A DNA stretch of 64,000 nucleotides from positions 288,001 through 352,000 of the forward strand of contig JAZDKB010000019.1 of the NCBI GenBank assembly GCA_043803405.1. Direction: 5' to 3'. The position numbers and the translations under genes were made by a program. Below, piece after piece: positions 29,303 to 39,997 of this stretch. Each line of letters opens with the position of its first letter. The stretch's first letter is position 1. This stretch comes from Spirochaetota bacterium. GTDB lineage: Bacteria > Spirochaetota > UBA4802 > JAFGDQ01. Below the pieces are notes generated by a model. The model worked only from the letters and a program-made list of their open reading frames with translations, did not search any database and had not been told where the DNA came from.

Positions 29303-29498
29303 TTATTCAATTTGACTGATTTTTTTTACTTTCAAGATAAATGTCATAGTAATTATCAATTTTAAGGCGGCAGGATGCCGCCGCTAGCCGCTTCTTACAG
29401 GATGTATGCATTAGCGGCGAGAAAATTGATGATTACTATGACATTTATCCATAAGTTAACTTTAATATTACATAAAAAAAGTCAGCCAAGATGAGTTA
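29303..29498. mobile_element. ~200 bp palindromic MITE/REPIN-like element, copy 2
   Basis: Core nearly identical to 5582-5693 in the same orientation, outer arms swapped and inverted. Confidence 0.8.
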
Positions 29499-29526
29499 TT
29501 TAATAATAATATTCGATAATATTAAT

Positions 29527-30528
29527 ATGTTTGCCGACTATCAAATACATAATTTCATAAAAAGTTCAACCGGCGAATCCTATGAGGTCTCAAAGCTAAA
29601 GGGAGACGCGTCTGCCAGAGAATATTACAGGATCAATTCCGGCAATAAAAGTTATATGCTCTGCATAGATAATAATTTGAAGGGAATTACCCCGGAACAA
29701 TACGCGTTCTGCATTGTGCATAATTTATTAAGGAAGAACGGGATTCCTGTCCCGGATATTTACTCTATTGATGAAAAAGCAGGATTGCTTCTCATCCAGG
29801 ACCTGGGTGATTCTCTCATTGAGCAGAACTTTGAGAGCATGAGCAAAAGCGAACGCGCCGGGTTATACGGCGATCTTATCGACACAGTTGCAAAAATTCA
29901 ATTCATTAGCGGCGATGAAAAAACTGTTCCATTCAGTTTGTCTTTCGACGTTCCAAAGCTAATGTACGAGTTTAATTTTTTTATTGATAACGCCCTTATC
30001 GGTTATTTTAAATCCGGTATATCGGGTGATCTTCTTGAAGAGCTTCGCAGCGAATTTAATAAGATATCCGTGATCCTGTATAAGCCCGAACTTTTTGTTC
30101 TGAATCACAGGGATCTTCATAGCAGAAATATAATGATACGCGACAGCAAACCATACCTGATTGACTTTCAGGACGCGAGGATGGGACTGCCGCAGTATGA
30201 TGTGGTTTCTCTTTTGCGCGATTCATACCTGCGGATTGAAGACGGCCTTGTCGACAGTCTTAAAAAAAAGCATTTTAATATCCTGAAAGCGAGAGGTTAC
30301 AGCCGTATGGAGTACGACGAATACGAATATTATTTTGATATCATGGCCTTTCAGAGAAATGTAAAGGCACTCGGAACCTTCGGTTACCAGGTTACAACAT
30401 TGGGAAAGAATCTTTATCAAAGATATATTATGCCAACTATGGCGTATTTGAAGGATTATATTAAAAGAAGAAGCGACCTATCCGGGGCCGCAGGAATTCT
30501 AAAAAGATTTATAGAGGTGGACTGGTGA
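29527..30528 (+). CDS. Aminoglycoside-phosphotransferase-family kinase, AmgK-like MurNAc/GlcNAc kinase
   Basis: GDASAREYYR, QDLGD, HRDLHSRNIM, IDFQDARMG, YDVVSLLRD, QRNVKALGTF; upstream of a MurU-like gene. Confidence 0.88.
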   Translation: MFADYQIHNFIKSSTGESYEVSKLKGDASAREYYRINSGNKSYMLCIDNNLKGITPEQYAFCIVHNLLRKNGIPVPDIYSIDEKAGLLLIQDLGDSLIEQNFESMSKSERAGLYGDLIDTVAKIQFISGDEKTVPFSLSFDVPKLMYEFNFFIDNALIGYFKSGISGDLLEELRSEFNKISVILYKPELFVLNHRDLHSRNIMIRDSKPYLIDFQDARMGLPQYDVVSLLRDSYLRIEDGLVDSLKKKHFNILKARGYSRMEYDEYEYYFDIMAFQRNVKALGTFGYQVTTLGKNLYQRYIMPTMAYLKDYIKRRSDLSGAAGILKRFIEVDW

Positions 30529-31457
30529 AGGGTTTTATTTTCGCGGCAGGCTTTGGGGAAAGGCTGCGGCCTCTTACAAACGAGATGCCAAAGTCACTTC
30601 TTCCTGTTCTAAATCTGCCGTCCATCTGCTATGCTGTTTTCCTTCTAAAGGAAGCCGGTATTGATCAGATAATATGCAATCTTCATTACAGGTATCAGGA
30701 TATAATTTATTTTTTCAGATTAAATAATAATTTTGGCCTTGATATTAAATTTTCCATAGAAGAGACGATACTTGGAACCGGCGGCGGTCTGAAGAAATGC
30801 GCGGATATGATAGGAGATTCGGATGTTCTGCTTTTAAACAGCGATGTTATTATTGATCTTGATCTGATATCGCTGATTATCTGCCACAGGGAGAATAAGT
30901 CGCCCGCTACTCTTGTTTTAAAAAAAACTGATGAAGCGCAGATCATTGGTCCGGTTAGCGTTGACAGGAACAGAATTACAGATTTTAAAAACTTTCTGGG
31001 GACAAATAGAATTTCCGAATATATATATACAGGGGCTGGAATTGTATCGCCTGTTATATTTGATTACCTTGTCAGCGACTTTTCCAGCGTAGTGTACACA
31101 GGTTACGTTGAGTTGATAAAGAAGCACTTTATAAGCTTTTATGAACACACGGGATACTGGCAGGATATCGGGACAATTGACTCGTACTGGAAAGCCAATA
31201 TTGATCTGATGAATAAATTCGGGAGCCTTGAGCAAAGAATGTTGCCTGTGCTCGGCATAGGCCCGAGTATTGTATTTCCTGACCGGGAAATAAAGAATGA
31301 AATAAACATCAGGGATTCTGTGATAGGGAAGGGCGCAACAATCGGGGACGGAGCTGTTATTGAGACATCGGTTTTGCTGCCAGGTTCGGTAGTAAAAAAG
31401 GGCGCATTGATCAGGGATTCGGTTGTTTTCAGGGATCGGATTTTCAAAGTAAAATAA
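30525..31457 (+). CDS. Nucleotidyltransferase, MurU-like (NDP-sugar synthase family)
   Basis: AAGFGERLRPLT, PK, ILGTGGG, WQDIGT; GTG start overlapping the kinase stop. Confidence 0.85.
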   Translation: MKGFIFAAGFGERLRPLTNEMPKSLLPVLNLPSICYAVFLLKEAGIDQIICNLHYRYQDIIYFFRLNNNFGLDIKFSIEETILGTGGGLKKCADMIGDSDVLLLNSDVIIDLDLISLIICHRENKSPATLVLKKTDEAQIIGPVSVDRNRITDFKNFLGTNRISEYIYTGAGIVSPVIFDYLVSDFSSVVYTGYVELIKKHFISFYEHTGYWQDIGTIDSYWKANIDLMNKFGSLEQRMLPVLGIGPSIVFPDREIKNEINIRDSVIGKGATIGDGAVIETSVLLPGSVVKKGALIRDSVVFRDRIFKVK

Positions 31458-31622
31458 GCTTATTATGCAAATAGCATGATCCTTCATGCACAGTTCTGCT
31501 TTAACGTGGTAAGGTGACAGGAAAGCTAATTGCAATGGGGAAGAATCCCCAGGCTCTACGTGTCAGCAAAGGAAACCATTAATTTACACCAATAAACACG
31601 TCAAAAATCAACCGGTGAATAT

Positions 31623-33059
31623 ATGAACATAGATATCGCAATATTGTTTATTTATCTTATTGCAATAAACCTTATTGGAATTAAGTTTTCCGGGTTTAAA
31701 AACATAAACGAGTATTTTCTGGGAGGTAAATCGATACCGTGGATATTGATCTGTATATCGATAGTTGCTACTGAAACCAGTTCGCTTACATTTATATCTA
31801 TACCAGGGGTTTCGTATACAACAGACATGGGTTTTCTGCAGGTAGCATTCGGGCTATTAATCGGCAGAATACTTGTTGCCGTTATTCTGATCCCGAAGTA
31901 TTTCGAAGGTAATTTTGAGACAGTATACCAGTTTATCCAGGCCAGGTTCGGTATATCATCCAGAAAAGTAATTGCAATTGTGTTCCATGTGACCAGGCTT
32001 TTAGCAGACAGCACCCGGCTTTTTGTTACTGCTATACCCCTTACTCTTTTAATCGGCTGGGATTACAAGCTGTCAATATGCGTAATCGGTATTGCCACGT
32101 TTATTTATACATATTACGGCGGGCTGAAGGCAATAGTAGTTACGGATGCTGTTCAGTTTTTCCTGTATATCGTTTGTGTATTTATCGGTATTTATGTTAT
32201 CTCCGATGTGCTGTCACTGTCTGTGCTTTCTGTTTTTGCGAAAATACCGGATAACAGTCTAAGCATTTTCCATTCCGGTTTGCAAAACGGTTTTTCTAGC
32301 CTGTTCGGGTCATATAATATCGTATCCGGCATCATCGGAGGCGCCTTCTTTTCTTTCGCATCGCACGGCACAGATCACCTGATAGTGCAAAGGATATTAT
32401 CATGCAGGGATTTGGGGTCTGCAAAGAAAGCAATGATCACAAGCGGTATAATAATTATCGTACAATTTGCTCTTTTCCTTTTACTTGGCCTTTTTATAAA
32501 AGTGCTAATGGCAGATAAGCACTTTGACAAGTCCGATATGATAGTTCCGTATTTTATTATTAATTACCTGCCCGCAGGTTTTAAGGGTATAATGCTTGCC
32601 GGCATATTTGCCGCCGCCATGTCTACTCTCAGTTCCTCAATAAATTCCCTTTCTTCATCTACATCTGCGGATCTTTTAGGTTTAAGTAAAAAAGATATTT
32701 CGGATGCTGAAAAAGTGAAAATATCGAGGCTTATTTCACTAATATGGACAATCGTGATAATTGCAATTTCCATATTGTTTAATTATTCCAGCAAACCTCT
32801 GGTTGTAGTGGCGCTTTCCATTGCTTCCGTGACGTACGGCGGCATGATGGGAATATTTCTGCTGGGCAGATTCTTTGCGGGCTTCTCGGAGTGGGCTGCG
32901 ATAGCAGGAATGCTCACAAGTATCTTTGCTAATCTTTTCATTTTGTTTGCAACGGATATATTCTGGCTTTGGTATGTCACGATCGGCTTTGCAATTTCAT
33001 TCGGCTCCGGATTCCTTTTCAGCAGGATTATCAATATCAGGAAAAATTCATGTATTTGA
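31623..33059 (+). CDS. Sodium:solute symporter family transporter
   Basis: EYFLGG, SIVATETS, GGLKAIVVTD, VQR, AAAMSTLSSSINSL; ~13 TM segments. Confidence 0.93.
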   Translation: MNIDIAILFIYLIAINLIGIKFSGFKNINEYFLGGKSIPWILICISIVATETSSLTFISIPGVSYTTDMGFLQVAFGLLIGRILVAVILIPKYFEGNFETVYQFIQARFGISSRKVIAIVFHVTRLLADSTRLFVTAIPLTLLIGWDYKLSICVIGIATFIYTYYGGLKAIVVTDAVQFFLYIVCVFIGIYVISDVLSLSVLSVFAKIPDNSLSIFHSGLQNGFSSLFGSYNIVSGIIGGAFFSFASHGTDHLIVQRILSCRDLGSAKKAMITSGIIIIVQFALFLLLGLFIKVLMADKHFDKSDMIVPYFIINYLPAGFKGIMLAGIFAAAMSTLSSSINSLSSSTSADLLGLSKKDISDAEKVKISRLISLIWTIVIIAISILFNYSSKPLVVVALSIASVTYGGMMGIFLLGRFFAGFSEWAAIAGMLTSIFANLFILFATDIFWLWYVTIGFAISFGSGFLFSRIINIRKNSCI

Positions 33060-33234
33060 TTTTCCGGGATTTATGAAACGAAATAATCACTCAACGCTGG
33101 CCGGAATATCCTGCTGAAAATTTTTTAATAAAGTGTTATTAATAAATTCACAATTACTCGATAATAAATATGAGGATACTCTCTAGGATATCCTTACCTT
33201 TATTTATTAATAAAAAAATTATCGAGACAATTGT

Positions 33235-34182
33235 ATGTTAATTAAGAAAACAAAAATTAGTCTTTTAGTTATTGTTGCATGCGTATTTTTATTTGTATCA
33301 AATAATATTTATTCCGCAGGCCAGGCAGATAATAAATTATCTTCGTATATTCCATATAAACCAATAGAAATATCCGCATTAAGCCGGTACTTTGAGGACA
33401 GGATTGTTTTTCAGCATATTCAGCTTCCAGGATTTTCCTTAAATGCGGATAATTCCATCGCCAGTTTATTGGTTATAAAAAACGATGAAATATATCTTTT
33501 CCACGATGGATTTGATGATGTAAAAAAGATTTCATTCCAAAACTATTTGCGGGTAATCAATAACGATGAACCGGTAGATTTATGGGTCAATAAAATTAAT
33601 TCCAGGCCGGACTATTTAAGGATTGCGAACAGAAAAGTGGAAAAACTATTAAACAGTAATGAGAATTATGCGGAAAAAAATTCCGGGGATATCTACAGAA
33701 GCATAAGGAATTCTTTCCTGCATAATCATGTTAAAATATTTAAAGGATTGATGATGAACAGAGTTGAGTCCGATTTTAAACTGGACAGAAAGCCTATTTT
33801 TCCGCCTGCCTTTAAAGAAATGAATGCCCCGATAAAATTTTCCTCAGTAATTAAAGCAAAGGCACATAATGACTATCGATATTATGCTGAAGATAAAGAC
33901 GGCGATGAGATTACCGAGACATTCTATGTTACAATGAATGATAGCTTTAACTGGGGTTTTAAATCAGGGCCTAATGTTATTTTTATTTATAATAACAAGG
34001 AAGACGATATAAAGCAATTTATAGGCAAGCTGTGTTATGAAGCATATTTCGGGACATCAGCAGAAGAAACGGAATTATCGAAGTTACTCCCGAAAGATAC
34101 GGATATACTGAAAACATTCAATCTTGAAAAGCTGACATTGCAAACGCCTCCGCCGGAAAAGCAGGCTGAGCCGAAAAAATAA
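33235..34182 (+). CDS. Exported hypothetical protein
   Basis: Signal peptide-like N-terminus; DKDGDEITE EF-hand-like motif. Confidence 0.75.
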   Translation: MLIKKTKISLLVIVACVFLFVSNNIYSAGQADNKLSSYIPYKPIEISALSRYFEDRIVFQHIQLPGFSLNADNSIASLLVIKNDEIYLFHDGFDDVKKISFQNYLRVINNDEPVDLWVNKINSRPDYLRIANRKVEKLLNSNENYAEKNSGDIYRSIRNSFLHNHVKIFKGLMMNRVESDFKLDRKPIFPPAFKEMNAPIKFSSVIKAKAHNDYRYYAEDKDGDEITETFYVTMNDSFNWGFKSGPNVIFIYNNKEDDIKQFIGKLCYEAYFGTSAEETELSKLLPKDTDILKTFNLEKLTLQTPPPEKQAEPKK

Positions 34183-34334
34183 AATTACAGCTTAATTCGC
34201 CGGCGAGCCGGACAATTAAGCGTATCAAAGTCCGTTCACTTGCGGGAAGATACTGCCATTATAAATGCCGCTGCTTTTGCAAATATTGAACTGAATCGCA
34301 TTCAAGTAATAATAACACCGACTCTATTATACGG

Positions 34335-35078
34335 TCATTTTTCTTTTTTATAATATTTGGGATACAGCCGTTCCGCACATTCAGGGCAGAGGCCGTGGGA
34401 GAACTCCGCCTCCGAATGGTCTCCTATGTATATTTCCATCACTTCCCAGTTACCCTGCTCGTCGCGTATCTTTTTACAGGAAGAACAAATCGGGAGCAGT
34501 CCGCTTAGTGCTTTAACTTGCGAAAGAGCTTCCCTGAGTTCAAGGATAAGCCTTTCCCGTTCCTCCTCTGCCAGCTTTTGCTCAATAATGTCCTGATTTG
34601 CTCCATACAACCTGACAAGAGAACCCGAATGATCATTAATAACCATTGTTCGTACAAGAATATGGCGCACATCACCATCGCGGCGGATAATACGGTGTTT
34701 TGCTAAGATAATGAATTCGGGTTCTTTTCTCGGAGCGTTTTCCTCTACAACCTTATAAAAAATATGCAGATCGTCAGGATGAATGAACCGTTTCGCGTAT
34801 TCTTCCATTGTCATCCGGTATCCTCCTTCCTGAAGGGCTGTTGTGCCGTAAAAAGTATAGAAAGGATCATTGAAAATATATGTTTGTGCTGCAGGATCAT
34901 ATTCCCAGTATACAATATGCGCGAGTTCCATTGCATCAGACAGCCGAAGCTGACTTATCCGCAGGGCTTCTTCTGTCTGCTTACGGGTTGTTTCGCATTG
35001 TTCAAGTTCCTGAATTCTTTGTTTTAAGGCTGTTATCTCTTCAGTTGTTTCCTTTTTTATCTTTGATGGACCTTCCAT
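34335..35078 (-). CDS. PAS domain protein with C-terminal Cys/His zinc-ribbon-like domain
   Basis: IHPDD PAS/PAC; LPICSSCKKIRD...SHGLCPECA. Confidence 0.88.
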   Translation of the reverse strand: MEGPSKIKKETTEEITALKQRIQELEQCETTRKQTEEALRISQLRLSDAMELAHIVYWEYDPAAQTYIFNDPFYTFYGTTALQEGGYRMTMEEYAKRFIHPDDLHIFYKVVEENAPRKEPEFIILAKHRIIRRDGDVRHILVRTMVINDHSGSLVRLYGANQDIIEQKLAEEERERLILELREALSQVKALSGLLPICSSCKKIRDEQGNWEVMEIYIGDHSEAEFSHGLCPECAERLYPKYYKKEK

Positions 35079-35263
35079 CGGGCTCTCCTTATTCCTTTAA
35101 ATGTCGATGTTATGGATCAAATTATGCCTGATGCCCACAGTTATATAGAATATCAATTATATCATCAACAGTATAATTAATCAAATGTTTAAGTATTGAC
35201 ATAGAATTTCTTTCATGCAAATTTTTTTAAATTTATTGTGCCGAATGTTGTTGTTGAAGAAAT

Positions 35264-35431
35264 GCCGGGATTGCAACACTTGCGGGAATTGCTACCATCG
35301 CAGGTTTGATCTGCTATGTGCTTTTTTATCGTCTGGACGAAAGGGCGGGTTACCGGATCGGCATGGTACCTCTGGCAACGGATGCATTCGTTGAGGCGGT
35401 TTTCCTTATTGCGATGGCGCTGACATCTTAA
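35264..35431 (+). pseudogene. Possible gene remnant encoding a hydrophobic fragment
   Basis: GC-richer 55-codon open stretch AGIATLAGIATIAGLICYVLFY...AVFLIAMALTS* lacking a start codon near its 5' end. Confidence 0.3.
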
Positions 35432-35518
35432 AAAATAAAACAGCTGGCATCTTTACGGAAATTCTATTATGCTCAGAGCATGGGCTGTATCCTGTTTAAA
35501 GTCCCGGAGCATCGGCAT

Positions 35519-35848
35519 TTACGAATGCTTCATTTTATAAAAAAGATAATTGTAATCAGTAATTACGAATGATCCTTTTTGCAAAAGAGATATTGTAATA
35601 TTCCTATCAGGGATTGCTTCTTTATTTTTAATTAAATCAATCTGGCCGTTCTTCCATCGGCTTAATAAATCATCTTTAAGCGATTCAATATTTTTATCAT
35701 TTTCTATTCCGGCAAATTTTTTTCTGCATCCATCTTCATATTTCTCAATATTATCATAAGGATTAAATTCCAGATATATTTCATTGAGAAGATCGAAAAT
35801 TCTAAATCCATCCAATGAATGCTGTTCTTTAGAATCGTCTATTAGCAT
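35519..35848 (-). CDS. Hypothetical protein (possibly a fragment)
   Basis: 109 aa ORF directly downstream of the PqiA-like gene; no family recognised. Confidence 0.5.
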   Translation of the reverse strand: MLIDDSKEQHSLDGFRIFDLLNEIYLEFNPYDNIEKYEDGCRKKFAGIENDKNIESLKDDLLSRWKNGQIDLIKNKEAIPDRNITISLLQKGSFVITDYNYLFYKMKHS

Positions 35849-35875
35849 TTGCTTTTATTAAAATTAATATCAAAT

Positions 35876-37141
35876 TTAATTCTCGGATGTCTTAGGTTTT
35901 CTGGCCAGGAATACTGCTAAAAACAATGCCAGAAGGGTGTATGACAAAAAAAGATAAAATCCGGGCTGAAGGGAACTGCCATTAAAAGTTAATATATCCT
36001 GTTTCTGCGCGACCAGGTTCATATAACTGAGCTGATTTTTTATCATCCCGTTAAATCCTATATAGGACATGGAAATAGCAACAGCCATAACATCTGCCAT
36101 GGACCATTTGCCGGATTTAAAGACAAAAAATTTAATAAACGGATTATCACTTGCTTTGAAAAAATTATAATAATATATCATTGATGATATCATTTTAAGT
36201 ATAGGAAATACAACGCTGAAAGTCATCATCAGAAATCCGACAAATTTCATCATAAAATCCTTATCATTGATCATAATCCGGAATACATCTATAATGCTTT
36301 TGCTCTGAAAATATAATATCTGGTCTACAAAATGGATGGGGTGCCCCATAACCATAAAAGTAATTCTGGAAATTTTTGCTTCAATATTCATCATCGGCAT
36401 AGTTACACCGGCTATAAGCAGGGGAATAAGGGAGATAATAAGAATTATATATCTGGAGGGAGTTAAGGGCTTCATTCTGAAACCGGACATACAAAAAAGG
36501 ATGACTGAAAGTATGATCATCGTAAGTGACTCACGGAAAATCAGATTATTTGTATACTCGATTCTATTGTTGACCCTGATCCTAGCCGTTTCAATATCGC
36601 TGGAATTAGTATCGGACAGGATATTTTTCAACTGAGATCCATCCTGTATGTCGTAGGTTTTTTTTGAAAATTTAAGAACCTCGTTGTTCAGAATAAGTTT
36701 TATCTGATCCTTTGTTTTGGCTGTGATCATTTCATGATAGATTGCATCGGCGTATTCGGGAATCCCTTTTTTAATAGCATCCATGCTGACAAAAATTTCC
36801 ATAATGGATAGTTTAGCCTTGCCCCATGCAGAACCGGAATAATCATCCCTGATTCTTATTTCTACTTTATCAATAAGCGTATTCAGCAGATCCCTGATTT
36901 TATTTTTAAGATCCTGTTCGTTCTTTTCCGTGAGATCTAACGTATTTATCTCAGTTATAAGAATTCCGGCAACATGCTGTTTCCACTTTCCAAGATTTAA
37001 AATACCATATTTAACGTTATTGACTTCGGCGTAATCGTCTCTGTTCTTCTGATTGATAATTGAATTTGAAATAATCTGCTGACATAAAACAGCAGATACC
37101 AGTAAAATTATTATGGATAAGATAAAATTGAACCGCTTCAT
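35876..37141 (-). CDS. Paraquat-inducible protein A (PqiA) domain membrane protein
   Basis: FSVVFPILK, GKWSMADV, LQPGFYLF motifs in the C-terminal half. Confidence 0.85.
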   Translation of the reverse strand: MKRFNFILSIIILLVSAVLCQQIISNSIINQKNRDDYAEVNNVKYGILNLGKWKQHVAGILITEINTLDLTEKNEQDLKNKIRDLLNTLIDKVEIRIRDDYSGSAWGKAKLSIMEIFVSMDAIKKGIPEYADAIYHEMITAKTKDQIKLILNNEVLKFSKKTYDIQDGSQLKNILSDTNSSDIETARIRVNNRIEYTNNLIFRESLTMIILSVILFCMSGFRMKPLTPSRYIILIISLIPLLIAGVTMPMMNIEAKISRITFMVMGHPIHFVDQILYFQSKSIIDVFRIMINDKDFMMKFVGFLMMTFSVVFPILKMISSMIYYYNFFKASDNPFIKFFVFKSGKWSMADVMAVAISMSYIGFNGMIKNQLSYMNLVAQKQDILTFNGSSLQPGFYLFLSYTLLALFLAVFLARKPKTSEN

Positions 37142-37469
37142 TGTAAAATGCTCTTTATCCGTTTAGACATCTCAGAGAAAAGGATGTATCAATACTCTGG
37201 CTGACCATTTCGATTATTTTGCCACAATACACAATACAGCAATTAAAAAGTTTCAGGACGCACTCTTAAATAATATTTTGCTATTTATAAAAAGGATCAT
37301 ATTCTTTGGCAAGAAAGATAAATTTTTATCAACCTTCATTTATCTTTTTTGGTAATATGTCAGCGGAGCATGATCCGGTAAGAAGATGCCCCACGCGTTT
37401 AAAGCTTTTATGATCGGAAGCTGGTAAAAAAATAGTCAATGTGTGGAAGGGCTGCCGTTATGCCATTTA

Positions 37470-38066
37470 TTAGAAATTCTTTTTTGACGCAAAGGCATAT
37501 TCTTCCCTTGAATAACAAAATACGTTTCCTTCACGGCTGCACAGTAATTCCGCATGGATAGTCAGCGCGTCAACCAATGCCTGTTTGAATGACTTATCGC
37601 CATTATGGAATCCCTTTTCATGGAGTTGAACGATTATATCAACCGAAGCCAATGGGTCGATTATGGCAATGGTGTAAACATACCAGTCGTCAAGATTGTC
37701 GATCAGAATTTTTTTTGTTTCAGGACTTAAGAGTTCATGGGCAGGGCACAGATATCTTCTGCAGGTATCGGCACCGAAGAGTCCCTTGTCACGCTGGTCC
37801 GCGCCGGCAACGTTCGGATGCACAAGGCATCCGGGAATCCCGTCGGCAATGAATCCATGGAAGGGACAGATATGCGAAGATGCATCCCTGCACGATGCCG
37901 TCTGCTCAGGGTAGCTTCCGTCTATCTGATAACGCCAGTAGTTCGCGGTGCGAAAGGTACCTGCATTTAAAAAATCCGTCAGATTCTCCCGCGAGATATC
38001 GGTGTGATTCATCAGGCCGCAGCAGGCTGCGCAGGATTTGGTTTTATCGGGCATGCATAGATTCAT
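37470..38066 (-). CDS. Cys-rich hypothetical protein (possible Zn/Fe-S binding)
   Basis: ATG 38066 with aaggtg RBS; SCAACCG, CPFHGF, GCLVHP, CRRYLCP. Confidence 0.75.
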   Translation of the reverse strand: MNLCMPDKTKSCAACCGLMNHTDISRENLTDFLNAGTFRTANYWRYQIDGSYPEQTASCRDASSHICPFHGFIADGIPGCLVHPNVAGADQRDKGLFGADTCRRYLCPAHELLSPETKKILIDNLDDWYVYTIAIIDPLASVDIIVQLHEKGFHNGDKSFKQALVDALTIHAELLCSREGNVFCYSREEYAFASKKNF

Positions 38067-38294
38067 AGTCAGCACCTTATTGAATATCCGTACACCGGGG
38101 GCGGCTAATTCAGGCTGATGTGCCGGCTTGAGGATGCCACCATGACGGCGCAAATCTCCCCGTCGGATTTTTTGGCAAATCATTGTCACCCGAAAATAGA
38201 GATCCGGTTTTTCCGGGAAATATATAATGCTGGATGTGTACGAGATGCGAAAAATCCCAGCTGTCAACACTTTTTATTTCAAGGCCTTAAACTA

Positions 38295-39797
38295 TTAAAG
38301 AGAGAAGAAGCCAAGATCCTCCTGAGTTTTCTCTGACTGGCTGTACAGGTTTTCCGAAGTAGCGACAAGTTCTTCAGATGATGATGCTGTGCTTTGACTG
38401 ATGCTGTTCAGTTGATTCATGGCAACATTGATCTGGGTAACCCCTGCATTTTGCTCTTCCGCCGCCGTAGCAATATCCTGAATCAATTGAGCTGTCTTTG
38501 TAATTTCAGGTATAATTCTGTTGATAAGACCGCTTGCGTTCTCAGAAATCTCCATACTGTCGCCTGAGAGCTTGTTTATTTCCTGTGATAATTGCTGGCT
38601 TTTTTCCGCGAGCTTTCTTACCTCAACAGCGACCACCGCAAAACCTTTGCCGTAATTACCGGCACGGGCCGCTTCAATGGCCGCGTTGAGCGCTAAAAGA
38701 TTTGTCTGATAGGCAATGTCTTCAATACTTTTTATTTTCGTTGATATTATTTGCATGACACCTACTGTTTTATTGACTGCTTCATTTCCCTCCTGTGCCA
38801 GCGACGCAGTTTGCTGCGCAATTTCATCGGTATGCCTGGCGCTTAAGGATATCTGGGTAATGCTGGCTCCCATCTGCTCAAGAGATGATGATATCTCCTC
38901 AATATTTGCCGCCTGATCATTAGCCGCGGTACTGAGAACCTGGGCCGCAGAGCTGAGTTCTCCTGAAGCCTGCGCTGTGGAATCGTTTCCATCATTTATG
39001 GAAGTGATAATCGATCTTAATTTATCAATTAAATGGCTGAAATGAGTCATGAGCTGTCCTAATTCGTCTTCTGATTCAACGAAGCTCCAGGACTTGAAAT
39101 CACCCTCCGCAAGACGGCCTGTGATGGCAACCATATTGCTGATTGGCCTGGTTATGCTCCAGATAATCAGGATGCTGATGATGATCCCGAAGAATATGGC
39201 TGTAATGGAAACAACTATGATAAGGGAATTAATTTTATAAGAGTATTGCTTTGAGTGGGAATATGTTTCTGTCATCTGGTCTTTAAGTTTTGTATTAATA
39301 CTGTTAAGGTATTCGCGGACTATCCCGAGACTTGGCTGGGTTTTTGTATCGAACTCACGTACCGCCAGTTGTTTTGACATATAGTTCTTTATATCGATAT
39401 ATTTTTTTATATTTAGTGCTGATTCATGGAGCCGGTTATGAGGTTCTTCAATTTTTTTGAAATCATTGATCAAATACGGGAAAAATTTTTCGACTTCCTC
39501 CCGTGCCTTGCTGTAATACCATTTACCGAAGTTGCATTGATGAGGGTCTGCTTGAATGTCGTTAATATTTTTATCGAGAATGATATTTTGCTGGAGTTTC
39601 AAAACCCAGTCGACATGGTCGATTTCCCTATTTTCCATGCTTGAGACGATATCGTTACTTATTTTTATTTTTTCGGAATTGGCATTGATGATATTCATTC
39701 CCCGGATTGAAAAGGAAGAAACACCAATGATAAAAATGAGCAATACCCCAGAAGCGAACCCAAGCTTTTTCCACAGTTTCAGGTTTTTCCACCTCAT
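38295..39797 (-). CDS. Methyl-accepting chemotaxis protein with CZB and HAMP domains
   Basis: [47 protein letters not shown] motifs; two TM segments. Confidence 0.95.
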   Translation of the reverse strand: MRWKNLKLWKKLGFASGVLLIFIIGVSSFSIRGMNIINANSEKIKISNDIVSSMENREIDHVDWVLKLQQNIILDKNINDIQADPHQCNFGKWYYSKAREEVEKFFPYLINDFKKIEEPHNRLHESALNIKKYIDIKNYMSKQLAVREFDTKTQPSLGIVREYLNSINTKLKDQMTETYSHSKQYSYKINSLIIVVSITAIFFGIIISILIIWSITRPISNMVAITGRLAEGDFKSWSFVESEDELGQLMTHFSHLIDKLRSIITSINDGNDSTAQASGELSSAAQVLSTAANDQAANIEEISSSLEQMGASITQISLSARHTDEIAQQTASLAQEGNEAVNKTVGVMQIISTKIKSIEDIAYQTNLLALNAAIEAARAGNYGKGFAVVAVEVRKLAEKSQQLSQEINKLSGDSMEISENASGLINRIIPEITKTAQLIQDIATAAEEQNAGVTQINVAMNQLNSISQSTASSSEELVATSENLYSQSEKTQEDLGFFSL

Positions 39798-39997
39798 ATC
39801 TACCTCCGTGCATCGAATAACAGATATTATTTGAAAATGATAATTATTATTCTACTAAACAATAAAAACAATTACATCTTTTTTTTTATAAAAAACAAAA
39901 AAATACTTTCTGTAGCAAACTATCCTGCAGCTGAAGCAAGAGCACATGTAATTTTTTCTATGCAAGCTCCTCGTAATCTGTATTTAACAGTATTACT

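Noticed and set aside
29491..29526. Upstream ATG for the AmgK-like kinase
   Set aside because: ATG lies inside the arm of the repeat element; 29527 is more plausible
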